Shown: positions 9,053 to 21,925, numbered from the stretch's first letter. The stretch: DNA of 64,000 nt from Candidatus Ozemobacteraceae bacterium (GCA_965140445.1 OZ223236.1:1856001-1920000), one strand, 5' to 3'. Notes: generated by a model from the letters alone, not told the origin. Made by a program: numbers and translations.

Positions 9053-12000
9053 ATGTCAAAGGAATTTAGTAGAATTTCCATCGATCGACTTAGCTCATGG
9101 ATTCTTAATGAATATGATCATACCAGCCAAATTTTTGGTGTTCACAAAGATTTGTTCTTTGTTCCAAAGGCCGATGATCCATTTACCATGACTCGATATG
9201 GCCAGCACATGGAAAGCCCAATAGGTGTTGCAGCTGGTCCACATACGCAGATGGCTCAGAATCTTATTATGGCCTGGCTTTGTGGAAGCAGATATTTGGA
9301 GTTAAAGACAGTCCAAACTTTGGATGAACTCAATGTTTCCAAGCCTTGTATTGATATGCAGGACGAAGGTTACAACTGTGAATGGTCACAGGAACTTAAA
9401 CTTGATGCCAGTTTTGATGAGTATTTGAACGCATGGATATTGATGCATGTGCTTCGTCATAAATTTGGCTGGAACAACGACAAGGGCCGCGGATTCATTT
9501 TCAACATGAGTGTTGGCTATAACCTTGAAGGTGTTCTCAAAGATAACGTTCAGCGTTTCCTTGATCGCATGGCTAATTGCGAAGCTGAATTAAAAGAAAA
9601 GCTTGCTATTGTTAAGAAATACTATCCAAAAGTTGATGAAATTGATATTCCATCAAAGCTTTCAGATAATATTACTCTTTCAACAATGCATGGTTGCCCT
9701 CCAGATGAAATCGAAAAGATTGCCATGTATCTGGTAAAAGAAAGAAAATACAACACTACTATCAAGCTCAATCCAACACTTCTTGGGCCAGAACAGCTTA
9801 GACATATTCTCAACGAAAAACTTGGATATGAAACAAATGTTCCTGACGAAGCTTTTGGCCACGATCTTAAGTATCCTGATGGAATCAACATCATTAAAAA
9901 CATGCTTAAGGCATCTGCTGATGAAGGACTGGATTTCAGTCTCAAGCTTACCAATACCCTTGAAAGTGTAAACCACAAGGATTTCTTCCCTCCAAATGAA
10001 AAGATGATGTATATGAGTGGTCGCTCATTGCATGCGATCAGCACAAATCTGGCTGCCAAGCTTCAGAATGAATTTGACGGTCAGCTTGATATAAGCTTCA
10101 GTGCTGGTGTTGATACTTTCAATCTTCCGAAGATCATTGCTTCTGGTCTTAAGCCAGTAACTGTGTCTTCAGATGTTTTAAAACCAGGTGGATATGGCCG
10201 TCTGAACCAGTATCTCATAGATCTAAAAACCGCTATTATGGCTGAAGGCGCAGATTCAATCGATAAATACATTACCAAGTTTGCAGGTTGCAGCTGTGGC
10301 GATGTTAAAAAAGCTGCTTTGATCAATCTTCGTCGCTATGCTGGAGCGGTTCCAAACCTTAAGGCTTACCGAAAAGATAGCAAAACTGGCGAATCCGTTA
10401 AGACTGATCGTGAACTTACTATGTTTGATTGTGTGAAAGCTCCTTGTATCAGCACATGTCCAGCTGGTCAGGATATTCCATCTTACCTGTATCATACTGC
10501 AAAAGGTGATTATAAAAAGGCTTATGATGTAATTATGCGCAATAACCCGCTTCCAAACGTTTTGGGAATGGTATGCGATCATCAGTGCCAACACAGATGC
10601 ACCAGATCAAACTATGATTCTTCTATCCTGATCAGGGAAGTTAAACGCTTTATCGCAGCCAGAAACGAAGATCGTAACCAGCTCAAGCCTGCCAAAACTA
10701 ACGGCAAAAAAGTTGCAATTATCGGGGCTGGACCAAGCGGCTTGTCATGTGCTTACTTCCTGGCCTTAGAAGGCTTTGAAGTTTCTGTATATGAAACAAA
10801 ATCATTTGCCGGCGGAATGATTTCTGATGCTATTCCAAGTTTCAGACTTACCGCTGAAGCCATTCGCAATGATGTTGAATACATCAGAGGACTTGGTGTT
10901 GCAATAAATTATGATTACAAAATCGATAAAGATCGCTTTGAACAACTCAAAAAAGAAAATGACTATTTGTATATAGCTATCGGAGCTCAAGCTGCTAAGA
11001 GCATGGGTATTCCTGGTGAAGATGCAAAAGGCGTTATGGATCAGCTTAAATTCTTGTCTGACGTTCGACAGGAGAAGAAGGTTGAATTGGGCTCTAAAGT
11101 AGCTATTGTTGGCGGCGGAAACTCTGCTATGGATGCTGCCAGAACGGCTCATCGAATGGTTGGCCCAGATGGAAAAGTAACTGTTGTTTACAGAAGAACC
11201 ACTAAGCAGATGCCAGCTGACATCGAAGAAGTTAAGGCTCTCATCGAAGAAAACATTGAGATTCTTGAGCTTCACCAGCCACTTGAAGTCCTGGTTAAAG
11301 ACGGTCAGGTAAAAGGGCTTAAGTGCCAGAAAATGAAACTTGGCGAAAAAGGCAAAGACGGTCGTCAGCGCCCTGAGCCAATTGATGGGGCTATTGTAGA
11401 TGTTGAATTCGATACAATCATTCAGGCTATTGGCCAGGATGTAGTTATTGACTTCGTTTCCATGAAGGATTTGCAGACTGATCCAGCTACTGGAATGTCG
11501 AAAATAAAAAATGTTTTTGCTGGTGGAGACGCAGTTCGTGGCGCTTCAACTATAGTAAAAGCTGTTGGTGATGGCCAGAAAGCAGCCGCTAACATTATAG
11601 CCTTCGCTGGAAAAGATCTTGATATCGCTCCAGCTAAGCTTCCAAAGGGAATGACTCCTGCTGAATTCCAGGTTAAAAGTGCCAGAAGAGTTAAAGGTAT
11701 GGAAATCCCTGAGATCGACCTCGGCAAGAGAAAAGGTTTTGCAACAGTAATTCGTGAGCTTACAGAAGCTGAAGCCAGAAAAGAATCTGAGCGCTGCTTG
11801 TATTGTAATGATGTTTGTAATGTTTGTGTTACAGTGTGCCCAAATAGAGCAAACAGAGCTTATACAGTAAAAACTGGTGATTACAAGGTTCAGAAAGCTT
11901 TCCTGAAAAAAGGAAAACTCAAAATTGAAAACGATAAGACCTTTAGACTTACTCAAGCTAATCAGGTATTAAACGTTGGCGATTTCTGTAACGAATGTGG

Positions 12001-12337
12001 AAACTGCACTCATTTCTGTCCAACTGCTGGCGATCCATACAAAGGAAAACCAAAATTCTATCTAACCGAAGAAAGCTTTGGCGAAGAAAAGAATGGTTTC
12101 CATCTTGTAGGAAGCACACTCAAAGCCAAATTTGAAGGTGAACTTCACACTTTAGAAGATAAAGGCGATTCTTTCCATTATGCTTGTGGTCCTTTAACTG
12201 CAAAGCTTAATAAAGACTCTCTTGAAGTTGTTTCAGCAGATGCTAAAAATGATAAAGTCAAAGATTTCTCCTTTGACAAAGCATTAAAAATGGGACTCTT
12301 AATGAACTCATTAAAGGGCGTTTGTTTCTCAGCTTAA
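9053..12337 (+). CDS. ygfK: YgfK-family flavo-iron-sulfur oxidoreductase (annotated as putative selenate reductase subunit)
   Basis: GVAAGPHTQMAQN, KPCIDMQDEGYNCEWSQEL, STMHGCPPDEIE, a GltD-like core (GAGPSGL, GGGNSAMD) and C-terminal CxxCxxxCxxC and CNECGNC ferredoxin motifs. Confidence 0.88.
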   Translation: MSKEFSRISIDRLSSWILNEYDHTSQIFGVHKDLFFVPKADDPFTMTRYGQHMESPIGVAAGPHTQMAQNLIMAWLCGSRYLELKTVQTLDELNVSKPCIDMQDEGYNCEWSQELKLDASFDEYLNAWILMHVLRHKFGWNNDKGRGFIFNMSVGYNLEGVLKDNVQRFLDRMANCEAELKEKLAIVKKYYPKVDEIDIPSKLSDNITLSTMHGCPPDEIEKIAMYLVKERKYNTTIKLNPTLLGPEQLRHILNEKLGYETNVPDEAFGHDLKYPDGINIIKNMLKASADEGLDFSLKLTNTLESVNHKDFFPPNEKMMYMSGRSLHAISTNLAAKLQNEFDGQLDISFSAGVDTFNLPKIIASGLKPVTVSSDVLKPGGYGRLNQYLIDLKTAIMAEGADSIDKYITKFAGCSCGDVKKAALINLRRYAGAVPNLKAYRKDSKTGESVKTDRELTMFDCVKAPCISTCPAGQDIPSYLYHTAKGDYKKAYDVIMRNNPLPNVLGMVCDHQCQHRCTRSNYDSSILIREVKRFIAARNEDRNQLKPAKTNGKKVAIIGAGPSGLSCAYFLALEGFEVSVYETKSFAGGMISDAIPSFRLTAEAIRNDVEYIRGLGVAINYDYKIDKDRFEQLKKENDYLYIAIGAQAAKSMGIPGEDAKGVMDQLKFLSDVRQEKKVELGSKVAIVGGGNSAMDAARTAHRMVGPDGKVTVVYRRTTKQMPADIEEVKALIEENIEILELHQPLEVLVKDGQVKGLKCQKMKLGEKGKDGRQRPEPIDGAIVDVEFDTIIQAIGQDVVIDFVSMKDLQTDPATGMSKIKNVFAGGDAVRGASTIVKAVGDGQKAAANIIAFAGKDLDIAPAKLPKGMTPAEFQVKSARRVKGMEIPEIDLGKRKGFATVIRELTEAEARKESERCLYCNDVCNVCVTVCPNRANRAYTVKTGDYKVQKAFLKKGKLKIENDKTFRLTQANQVLNVGDFCNECGNCTHFCPTAGDPYKGKPKFYLTEESFGEEKNGFHLVGSTLKAKFEGELHTLEDKGDSFHYACGPLTAKLNKDSLEVVSADAKNDKVKDFSFDKALKMGLLMNSLKGVCFSA

Positions 12338-12345
12338 TCTAAATT

Positions 12346-12386
12346 AAAAATCCCCCGGAGATGAATATCTCCGGGGGATTTTTTTT
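12346..12386. terminator. Bidirectional intrinsic terminator
   Basis: aaaaatcccccggagat-gaat-atctccgggggattttttt between convergent genes. Confidence 0.9.
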
Positions 12387-12392
12387 CCCGGT

Positions 12393-13418
12393 TTATTCGC
12401 CGCTAGTTGTAGTTGGTGATGTTGTTGGCTTAAGTTTCAGAGCAGGCAAAATCATGCGAGGGTTTATTCTCATTTTCTTTGGCGGTGGTGGAAGATAAGG
12501 AAGGCGGTTCGGCCTGGCCAAAAAAGCGTCTTCCAGAGTAAATAGACCTTCTCGAAGCCATTCGTCTGGTTCGTTTAACTTTAATTTTCCGATAAAAACT
12601 CCACCCCAGAGTTTTTTAGGGTATGAAGCGTTTGTAGTTATGCGGGCGGTATTATCGTAGTCATATGACCCTTTAAATCCGCAGCATGGGCATTGTCCTG
12701 CTATGACTGAGTGCAGCGAAATGTATTTTGTTCCAGTTGCGGGATCGTTTCCTTTTATTCCTTTGTCCAGCAACCAGGCTTCAATTTGAATTAGCTTTCC
12801 CTCTAAATCTTTAAGTGGCTGTGGAATCTGGATACTGTCAGTTGCAAAGGTTAAAAGCCGATCCTGCTCATCCCTAAAGCTGTCAAACCATGACCAGTAG
12901 ACTTGGGGTGTCATGTTTAACAATTCTTTATAGTCGGGAGATAGCAAAGATTTTGACTGCTCCATTTGAGGCTCAGCAAATTTGGCTTCAATTTGCCACT
13001 TGGGATCAGTCTCACTTCCAATATTTTTAAGGATTCCAGAGATCTGATAAACATCAAATGCATGAAAGGATACAAACTCCTCCGTTTTAAAAGTTAAGAA
13101 GTCATCTTCAGGAGTTTTTTTATTAACAAAGGTTTGGTTAACAATTTGTCCTACTGAAAAGAAGTTTTGTCCATCAATTGGAATTACATAGCCAAGTACC
13201 GTGATTTTATTATTTTCATTTTGCTTCAGCAAAGTTGGGTTAATTTTTAACTGGGCAATTGTAAAAGCTTTTGAATGGGTTATTCTGGACAAATAGTCTT
13301 TATAACCTTCATTATCGATGGTTTGACTTACAACGCCTGCTTGTGACGCGAAGCAGCTATTAGTCAGCGCAAAGAAACAAATAATAAAAAGGATACTGTT
13401 TCTAAATTGCTTGTTCAT
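12393..13418 (-). CDS. Exported hypothetical protein, DUF3299-like C-terminal half with CPCC motif
   Basis: Signal peptide, GAGGAG RBS, LKDLEGKLIQIEAW..CPCC pattern, Pro/Thr-rich tail. Confidence 0.6.
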   Translation of the reverse strand: MNKQFRNSILFIICFFALTNSCFASQAGVVSQTIDNEGYKDYLSRITHSKAFTIAQLKINPTLLKQNENNKITVLGYVIPIDGQNFFSVGQIVNQTFVNKKTPEDDFLTFKTEEFVSFHAFDVYQISGILKNIGSETDPKWQIEAKFAEPQMEQSKSLLSPDYKELLNMTPQVYWSWFDSFRDEQDRLLTFATDSIQIPQPLKDLEGKLIQIEAWLLDKGIKGNDPATGTKYISLHSVIAGQCPCCGFKGSYDYDNTARITTNASYPKKLWGGVFIGKLKLNEPDEWLREGLFTLEDAFLARPNRLPYLPPPPKKMRINPRMILPALKLKPTTSPTTTSGE

Positions 13419-13428
13419 TTTAACTCCT

Positions 13429-14238
13429 CTAAATTGCTTTTTTTATTCGGATCAATGATGCCAATAGGTTCTCAAGGTCTTCCAGGGCAAGGATATTGTC
13501 TGCATCAGAAGGAGAAGTTTCTGGCTCAGGGTGAATTTCCAGGAATAAGCCGTCTACAGACCCTGTTGCAACTGCAGCTCGGGCTAAAGCTGGAACATAT
13601 TCTCTCTGTCCTCCTGTTTTCCCCTGACCTGCACTTGGAAGCTGTAGAGAATGGGTGGCATCATAAACAACTGCATCTGCAAATTCACTCATGATTGGAA
13701 AGGAACGCATGTCTACAACAAGGTTCCCATAGCCAAAACTTGCGCCTCTTTCGGTTAGAAGGACTTCTGCTTGTGGATTTATTGCTTTAACTTTTTTAAC
13801 AAGATGGTCTGTTGCCCAAGGAGAAAGGAATTGGCCTTTCTTAATGTTTACCACATTGAAAAACTTTGCCGCTGCGTCGGTAAGGTCTGACTGGCGGCAC
13901 AAGAAGGCAGGAATCTGGATAATATCGCAGACTTGCGAAATTCTTTCCGCTTGATCGGGAAGATGGATATCGGTGATACAAGGCAAGCCTGTTGCCTGTT
14001 TAACTTTACTTAAAATTTCGAGGCCTTTTTCTAGCCCAGGTCCGCGAAATGAGTCTCCTGAAGTGCGATTAGCCTTATCAAAGCTAGCTTTAAAAACTGC
14101 GGGCAATCCGAGTTTTTCTGCAACTCTTTTAAGCTCAAATGCAATTTTTAAGGTAAGTTCTTCGTTTTCAATTACGCAGGGGCCAGCAAAAACAAAAAAG
14201 GGGGCATCTGCTGCATATTTTTTTAGTGAAAAGCTCAT
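13429..14238 (-). CDS. kdsA: 3-deoxy-D-manno-octulosonate 8-phosphate synthase
   Basis: AGPCVIE, KASFDKANRTS, QIPAFLCRQ, NIKKGQF, DATHSLQ. Confidence 0.96.
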   Translation of the reverse strand: MSFSLKKYAADAPFFVFAGPCVIENEELTLKIAFELKRVAEKLGLPAVFKASFDKANRTSGDSFRGPGLEKGLEILSKVKQATGLPCITDIHLPDQAERISQVCDIIQIPAFLCRQSDLTDAAAKFFNVVNIKKGQFLSPWATDHLVKKVKAINPQAEVLLTERGASFGYGNLVVDMRSFPIMSEFADAVVYDATHSLQLPSAGQGKTGGQREYVPALARAAVATGSVDGLFLEIHPEPETSPSDADNILALEDLENLLASLIRIKKAI

Positions 14239-14395
14239 TGTCTGCTCCTGGAGTTTTTCTTTAAATATATCATAACAGCAGTTTTAAATGTTGTGGGCGT
14301 ATCATATTGGGCTTGGCTTTATTAATAATTCTCATGGTTTTTATTAATTGAGAGGCATGCTATAAGTAATTAAAGATATATCTCTGTGAGGTAAT

Positions 14396-14953
14396 ATGAA
14401 GAAAAGAATTAATTTTGTCTGGTTAACTTTGATTTTCTGTTTGCTACTTTCTACTCTGCATGCAGGGTGGAATCCCTTTAAAAGAAACCATAAAAGAAGC
14501 GGCGAGGAGAATGCTCAGCTCTTAATCAAAAAGATAAAAGAAACTGCTCCAGATAGTAAGAAAATTTTTGATAACGCTATTGGATACGCGGTTTTTCCAT
14601 CAATTGGAAAAGCTGGAATAGGAGTTGGAGGGGCAGCTGGAAACGGCAGGGTTTATCGAAAAGGTGAGTTTATTGGCACTACAACTATGAGTCAGCTGTC
14701 CATTGGATTTCAGCTTGGAGGGCAGGTTTATGGCGAAGTAATATTTTTCCAGGACGATAATACCCTGAATAAGTTTAAACAGGGAAAATTTGAACTTGGA
14801 GCTAATGCTTCTGCGATAGTTGTCAATACTGGCGCAGCAATAACAGCTGGATTTAAAGATGGCACCATTGTAATGGTTTTGCCAAAGGGCGGATTAATGT
14901 ATGAAGCTACTGTAAGTGGCCAGAAGTTTACTTTTAAAGGCAAAAAGCGCTAA
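14396..14953 (+). CDS. Ysc84/SYLF lipid-binding domain protein, exported
   Basis: Signal peptide, AVFPSIGKAGIGVGGAAGNG, SIGFQLGGQ, KGGLMYEATVSGQKF. Confidence 0.85.
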   Translation: MKKRINFVWLTLIFCLLLSTLHAGWNPFKRNHKRSGEENAQLLIKKIKETAPDSKKIFDNAIGYAVFPSIGKAGIGVGGAAGNGRVYRKGEFIGTTTMSQLSIGFQLGGQVYGEVIFFQDDNTLNKFKQGKFELGANASAIVVNTGAAITAGFKDGTIVMVLPKGGLMYEATVSGQKFTFKGKKR

Positions 14954-15054
14954 TTACTATTTTCTGACAAAAAAATCACAAAAACTTAAATGTAGGCTTG
15001 CAAGGTGGTTTGGCATGTGGGAAAATCAAAAGAAAAAACTGAAAGGTTCGAATT

Positions 15055-15339
15055 ATGAAATTGGAAGAGACTAAGAAAAAGGCTGTTTCAAATGCTTTAA
15101 AAGATGTTAATGGTGAAGCTTTTCTTTATAGACCTAAAAAGGGAAAAGATGCTGATAGTAAGGAAGTTGAAATCCTTATTTTTTCCAAGGAAGATCCATT
15201 AGAGGTTTCCAGAGAAGTAGCACAAAGATACTTTCTTTTTTGCGAAGAAAAACTTGATGTTATTGTTATGGACCCAGATAGGCTTTCTAAAGAACAAGAG
15301 GCTTTTCTTGATTCGATAAACAGGGAACCGCTAGCCTGA
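15055..15339 (+). CDS. Minimal nucleotidyltransferase (MNT)-like protein with degenerate active site
   Basis: Size and C-terminal EEKLDVIV..EQEAFL match small MNTs. The expected LFGS..DxD reads LYRP..EVE. Confidence 0.6.
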   Translation: MKLEETKKKAVSNALKDVNGEAFLYRPKKGKDADSKEVEILIFSKEDPLEVSREVAQRYFLFCEEKLDVIVMDPDRLSKEQEAFLDSINREPLA

Positions 15340-15392
15340 CCAATAAAAAAAAGCTCCGGATCAAACATTGATCTGGAGCTTTTTTTTATTGG
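15340..15392. terminator. Bidirectional intrinsic terminator
   Basis: ccaataaaaaaaagctccggatcaa-aca-ttgatctggagcttttttttattgg. Confidence 0.9.
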
Positions 15393-15398
15393 TTATAA

Positions 15399-16409
15399 TT
15401 AGTATCCATCAGGATTCATTGATTGCCACTTCCAGGAATCTCTACACATGGCTTCAAGATTTTTTTCCGCTTTCCAGTAAAGTTCTTTTGCTGCTTTTGC
15501 TGGATTGGCATAGCATGAAGCAATATCGCCGGGCCTTCGTGGTGCAATCACATATGGAATCTTTTTTCCAGAAGCTTTTTCAAAAGCTTTTACTACATCC
15601 AGAACACTGTATCCATTTCCGGTTCCAAGATTCCAGATGTTTAACCCTGACATTTTTTTGAGTGCTTCTATTGCAGCCAGATGGCCGGCAGCCAGATCAA
15701 CCACATGAATGTAATCTCTTACGCCAGTTCCATCAGGGGTAGGATAATCATTTCCAAAGACACTTAGTTCTTTTCTTTTACCAACTGCAACTTGAGTAAT
15801 GAAAGGCATAAGATTATTTGGAATGTCGTTTGGATCTTCGCCAATTTTACCACTTTCATGGGCTCCAACAGGATTAAAATACCTAAGTAGAGCTATGTTC
15901 CATGATTTGTCCGATTCGAACAAATCCATAAGAATGCGCTCAATCATGTGTTTTGAAGTTCCGTATGGGTTTGTAGTTCCGCCTGTTGGAAAATCTTCAA
16001 GGATTGGAACCGTGGCCGGATCACCGTAAACAGTTGCAGATGAGCTGAATACCAGAGTTTTTACATTGGCTTTTTTCATGCTCTCTAACAAGGTTAGGGT
16101 TCCAGAAACATTGTTCTGATAGTAAAATAACGGCTTTGCTACAGATTCACCAACTGCCTTTAATCCGGCAAAATGAATTACGGCTTCTATTGAATGGTCT
16201 GCAAATACCTGGTCAAGTGCCGCAGAATCAAGAATATCACCTTTTACAAATATCGGCCTTTTCCCAGTAATCTCCTCAATTCTATCAATAACGATTTCTT
16301 TACTGTTATAAAGATTATCAAAAATTATTACGTTTTTCCCGGCTTCCAGGAGCTGTATGCATGTGTGGCTTCCTATGTAGCCTGCCCCGCCAGTTAGTAA
16401 AATTGCCAT
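15399..16409 (-). CDS. galE: UDP-glucose 4-epimerase
   Basis: [53 protein letters not shown] before ATG 16409. Confidence 0.96.
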   Translation of the reverse strand: MAILLTGGAGYIGSHTCIQLLEAGKNVIIFDNLYNSKEIVIDRIEEITGKRPIFVKGDILDSAALDQVFADHSIEAVIHFAGLKAVGESVAKPLFYYQNNVSGTLTLLESMKKANVKTLVFSSSATVYGDPATVPILEDFPTGGTTNPYGTSKHMIERILMDLFESDKSWNIALLRYFNPVGAHESGKIGEDPNDIPNNLMPFITQVAVGKRKELSVFGNDYPTPDGTGVRDYIHVVDLAAGHLAAIEALKKMSGLNIWNLGTGNGYSVLDVVKAFEKASGKKIPYVIAPRRPGDIASCYANPAKAAKELYWKAEKNLEAMCRDSWKWQSMNPDGY

Positions 16410-16471
16410 CAAATCCTCCGCTTAAATTGTTTCTCTATAGTAGACTTCTGAGATTTGGTAATGTTCCATTT

Positions 16472-18916
<2,445 letters not shown>

Positions 18917-18927
<11 letters not shown>

Positions 18928-19969
18928 TATTTAAAATCCCTGTTGTTGAATGACCGTCAAGGAGAGAGACAACCTTTACTTCGCCACCGTGTTTTTCAAC
19001 CCAGTCAGCGCCAACAATAGTTTCTCTGCTGTAATCTCCGCCTTTAACGAGAATCTTTGGAGTAATAGCTTGAATTAGTTCAGCTGGAGTATCTTCAGAA
19101 AACTCAATTACATAGTCCACAAATTCCAGAGAGGCCAGCATTAAAGCACGATTCTCAAAGTTATGATAAGGTCTGGAATCGCCTTTCAGCCTCTTTATGG
19201 AATCGTCTGAATTCAGGCCAACTATAAGCAATTCTCCGAAGCTTCTGGACTCCTTCAAAACCTTAATGTGCCCGGGATGAAGGATATCAAAGCATCCATT
19301 GGTGAAAACAGATTTGTAGCCTGAAATCGCTTTTGCAAAATTATCGATCTGTCCTTTTGGAACTATCTTTTTAACCGGGAGACTTATCGGAGCTTTTTCG
19401 GGGAAAATTTGCTCTTCAACTGCTCTACACAATGAATGGATCAGAACTGCATGAATTTCCTGAATTCGAGGGGTTCTTGCAGATGGTGATTTTATGCAGA
19501 TATCAGCTAAGTCTTCTAATTTACTTTGCTTGGAACCTGTTAAAGCAACGGTGGTAATATTCATTTTTTTAGCTTCTTCAACTGCCGCTACTACATTTGC
19601 AGAATTTCCGCTGGTAGAAATGCCAAGAAGAACGTCTCCAGATTGCCCAAGACCTTGCACCTGTCTTTTGAAAACCAAATCATAGCCGTAATCGTTAGCA
19701 ATGGCGGTGAAAGTAGCAGATGGCGTGCAAAGAGATATACCAGGAAGGGAAGCTCTGTCGTAGCCAAATCTTCCAACAAGTTCTCCAACCATATGTTCTG
19801 CATCAGCAGCAGATCCACCATTGCCACAGACTAGAATCTTTTTACCGTTTTTTAATGCCTTTACCATAGCTTGTGCAGCGCTGGAAAAAGTTTGGGACAG
19901 TTGCTCTGAAAAAGAATCCTGAACTGTCATTCTCAGGGCGTTCAAATCTTGAAGAAAATAGTTTTCCAT
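18917..19969 (-). CDS. gmhA: Fusion of sedoheptulose-7-phosphate isomerase (GmhA) and heptose-1-phosphate adenylyltransferase (RfaE2/HldC)
   Basis: CGNGGSAADA, STSGNS and RIQEIH, followed by FTNGCFDILHPGH, GLNSDDS and KGGDY. GGAG RBS supports ATG 19969 rather than 20074. Confidence 0.92.
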
Positions 19970-19985
19970 CTGGTTCTCCATAAAG

Positions 19986-20996
19986 CTATTCGGAGCTTTG
20001 TTCTTTTTCGCGATAATGTATTCGATCATAATGATCCAATACTTGATCCGCATTGGCTGAAGCCGTTCCAACAATGCCTACAACCACGCCGGCTGCCAGA
20101 TTTGCAACCTGTGCCGCTTCGTCCATGGTGCAGCCTGAAGCTAATGCAAGACTAAATGTCGCAATAACAGTATCTCCAGCACCAGTAACATCAAAAACGT
20201 CTACGGCTTGAGTTGGAATGGTAATAGGTGCTTTGCCTTTTTCAAAAAGGCTCATCCCGTGTTCGCTGCGAGTAATAAGTATCGCGTCTGATTGAGTTTG
20301 CTTTAAAAGGTCCATTCCACCCTTTAAAACGTCTTCTTCGGATTCAAAAACGCGGCCTAAAGTTGATTCTGCTTCTTTAGTGTTTGGGGTGATTATGGTA
20401 GGTTTTTTATAGATTCCAAAATTTTTCAACTTGGGATCAATAGCGATAAATTTGCCTTTTTTCCTGAATTTATCTATCAGGTTTTTCAATAAATCTTCAA
20501 CAATTACACCTTTGGCATAATCTGAAATAATAACGCCATCGAGCTCGTCAGACAGGTCCATAATGGCGTCTAAAATTTGCTTTTGTCGCTGATAGTCTAT
20601 TGCTTCTGTGCTTTCTCTATCAATTCTGATCATTTGCTGTTTGTGCCCGATAACGCGGGTTTTCACAGTTGTTCGTCGGCCTGAATCCACGATAAGACCA
20701 GAAGTTCCAATCTTTTGGGCTTCCAGTTCTTCTGATAGTCTTCTACCAGCGCCGTCATCGCCTACAATTCCAAAAATATCAGCTTTGGCACCGAGGGCAA
20801 CAAGGTTTGCAGCAACGTTTGCAGCTGCTCCAGGGCGCCAGGTTTCTTCTTTGATTTGAACCACAGGAACAGGTGCTTCAGGTGAAATGCGATCAACCTT
20901 GCCCCAGTAAAACTCATCTAGCATAACGTCGCCAAGAACAGCAAGACGACATGAAGAAAACTTGCTTAAAATCTTTTTCAATTCTGATCTTTTCAT
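19986..20996 (-). CDS. rfaE1: Heptose-7-phosphate kinase (RfaE1/HldA)
   Basis: GDVMLD, RISPEAPVPV, SDYAKG, TPNTKE, DVTGAGDT. Confidence 0.93.
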   Translation of the reverse strand: MKRSELKKILSKFSSCRLAVLGDVMLDEFYWGKVDRISPEAPVPVVQIKEETWRPGAAANVAANLVALGAKADIFGIVGDDGAGRRLSEELEAQKIGTSGLIVDSGRRTTVKTRVIGHKQQMIRIDRESTEAIDYQRQKQILDAIMDLSDELDGVIISDYAKGVIVEDLLKNLIDKFRKKGKFIAIDPKLKNFGIYKKPTIITPNTKEAESTLGRVFESEEDVLKGGMDLLKQTQSDAILITRSEHGMSLFEKGKAPITIPTQAVDVFDVTGAGDTVIATFSLALASGCTMDEAAQVANLAAGVVVGIVGTASANADQVLDHYDRIHYREKEQSSE

Positions 20997-21925
20997 TCTT
21001 CAAGTCCTTCCAAAACTGCCATTGAAACAATTGGCAGCATAATTTCGTGGTGTCCTGTTAGATGATAGCCTGCTCCAACTCCTACGCTTGGGCGTTTTAC
21101 CACGTTTGTCATTGATCTGTACTGAATAATCATGTCCATATTTATAGTAGTCATTCCTTGAAGAGTGAATCCAAGGTTATGGGCTCTTGAAACTGCTTTC
21201 AGAAAAACTTCAGGAAGAATTACCGCAGAGCCAAGGTTCCAGTAGACACCGTTTTCGAGTTTTTCAACTTCTTCAGCAAAAATTTCAAAATCTCTAAAGC
21301 TGGTTGAACCAATAGAAGCTCCATCTGCTTCCGGGTGAATGTGAATGAAGTCAGTTCCAATGGCAACGTGACTGGTTATTGGGATATTATTTTTGCCACA
21401 ATTCCAGAGCAAACTTTTTTCCTTGTGAGGAAAAAGGTTCTCGTTGCTTTTCATCCAGGCGTAAAGTGATTGCCCCATTCCTAGACCGCTCTTTGCCCCT
21501 TCTTTAAATGCTTTGCACATCCAGGAACCTGTTTCTTCTACACAGCCAAATCTTCCTTCGGCCAATTCTTTACCAACGTCTTCACTGGTTTCACCAAATG
21601 CCGCCAATTCAAAGTCATGAATTGCGCCTGCGCCATTTAGCGCAATTGAAGTAATGGCTTGTTTTTCTAATAGCTTTATGAGAAAAGGGTTTAAACCGCA
21701 TTTGATTACGTGGGCCCCCATTCCAAGCATAACTGGTCGATTAGCTTTTCTGGCGTTAACAATTGATGAAATAATGTTACGTATTGTTTTGCCAGCATGC
21801 TGCATTGGAAATGAATCTATTAAAGGTTTAATGCTGAAGTTATTTTCTGGAAGTTTGCCAAAATCATTGATTTTGACAAGATTATGTCTTTTCGACATTG
21901 GATACGTATTTATGGGCTTTTTCAT
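20993..21925 (-). CDS. Conserved hypothetical protein with deoxyhypusine-synthase-like fold (GSU2086-like)
   Basis: MGAHVIKCGL, NGAGAIHDFE, HVAIGTDFIH, GSAVILPEVFLKA, GHHEIM. The promoter overlaps the GTG at 21964, so ATG 21925 is preferred. Confidence 0.7.
   Translation of the reverse strand: MKKPINTYPMSKRHNLVKINDFGKLPENNFSIKPLIDSFPMQHAGKTIRNIISSIVNARKANRPVMLGMGAHVIKCGLNPFLIKLLEKQAITSIALNGAGAIHDFELAAFGETSEDVGKELAEGRFGCVEETGSWMCKAFKEGAKSGLGMGQSLYAWMKSNENLFPHKEKSLLWNCGKNNIPITSHVAIGTDFIHIHPEADGASIGSTSFRDFEIFAEEVEKLENGVYWNLGSAVILPEVFLKAVSRAHNLGFTLQGMTTINMDMIIQYRSMTNVVKRPSVGVGAGYHLTGHHEIMLPIVSMAVLEGLEE

Noticed and set aside
9053..12337. Selenocysteine or recoding in the putative selenate reductase
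   Set aside because: The ORF is uninterrupted, has no in-frame TGA and ends in TAA.
19970..20074. Longer N-terminus of the gmhA fusion
   Set aside because: Overlaps rfaE1 by about 90 nt. The GGAG RBS supports ATG 19969.
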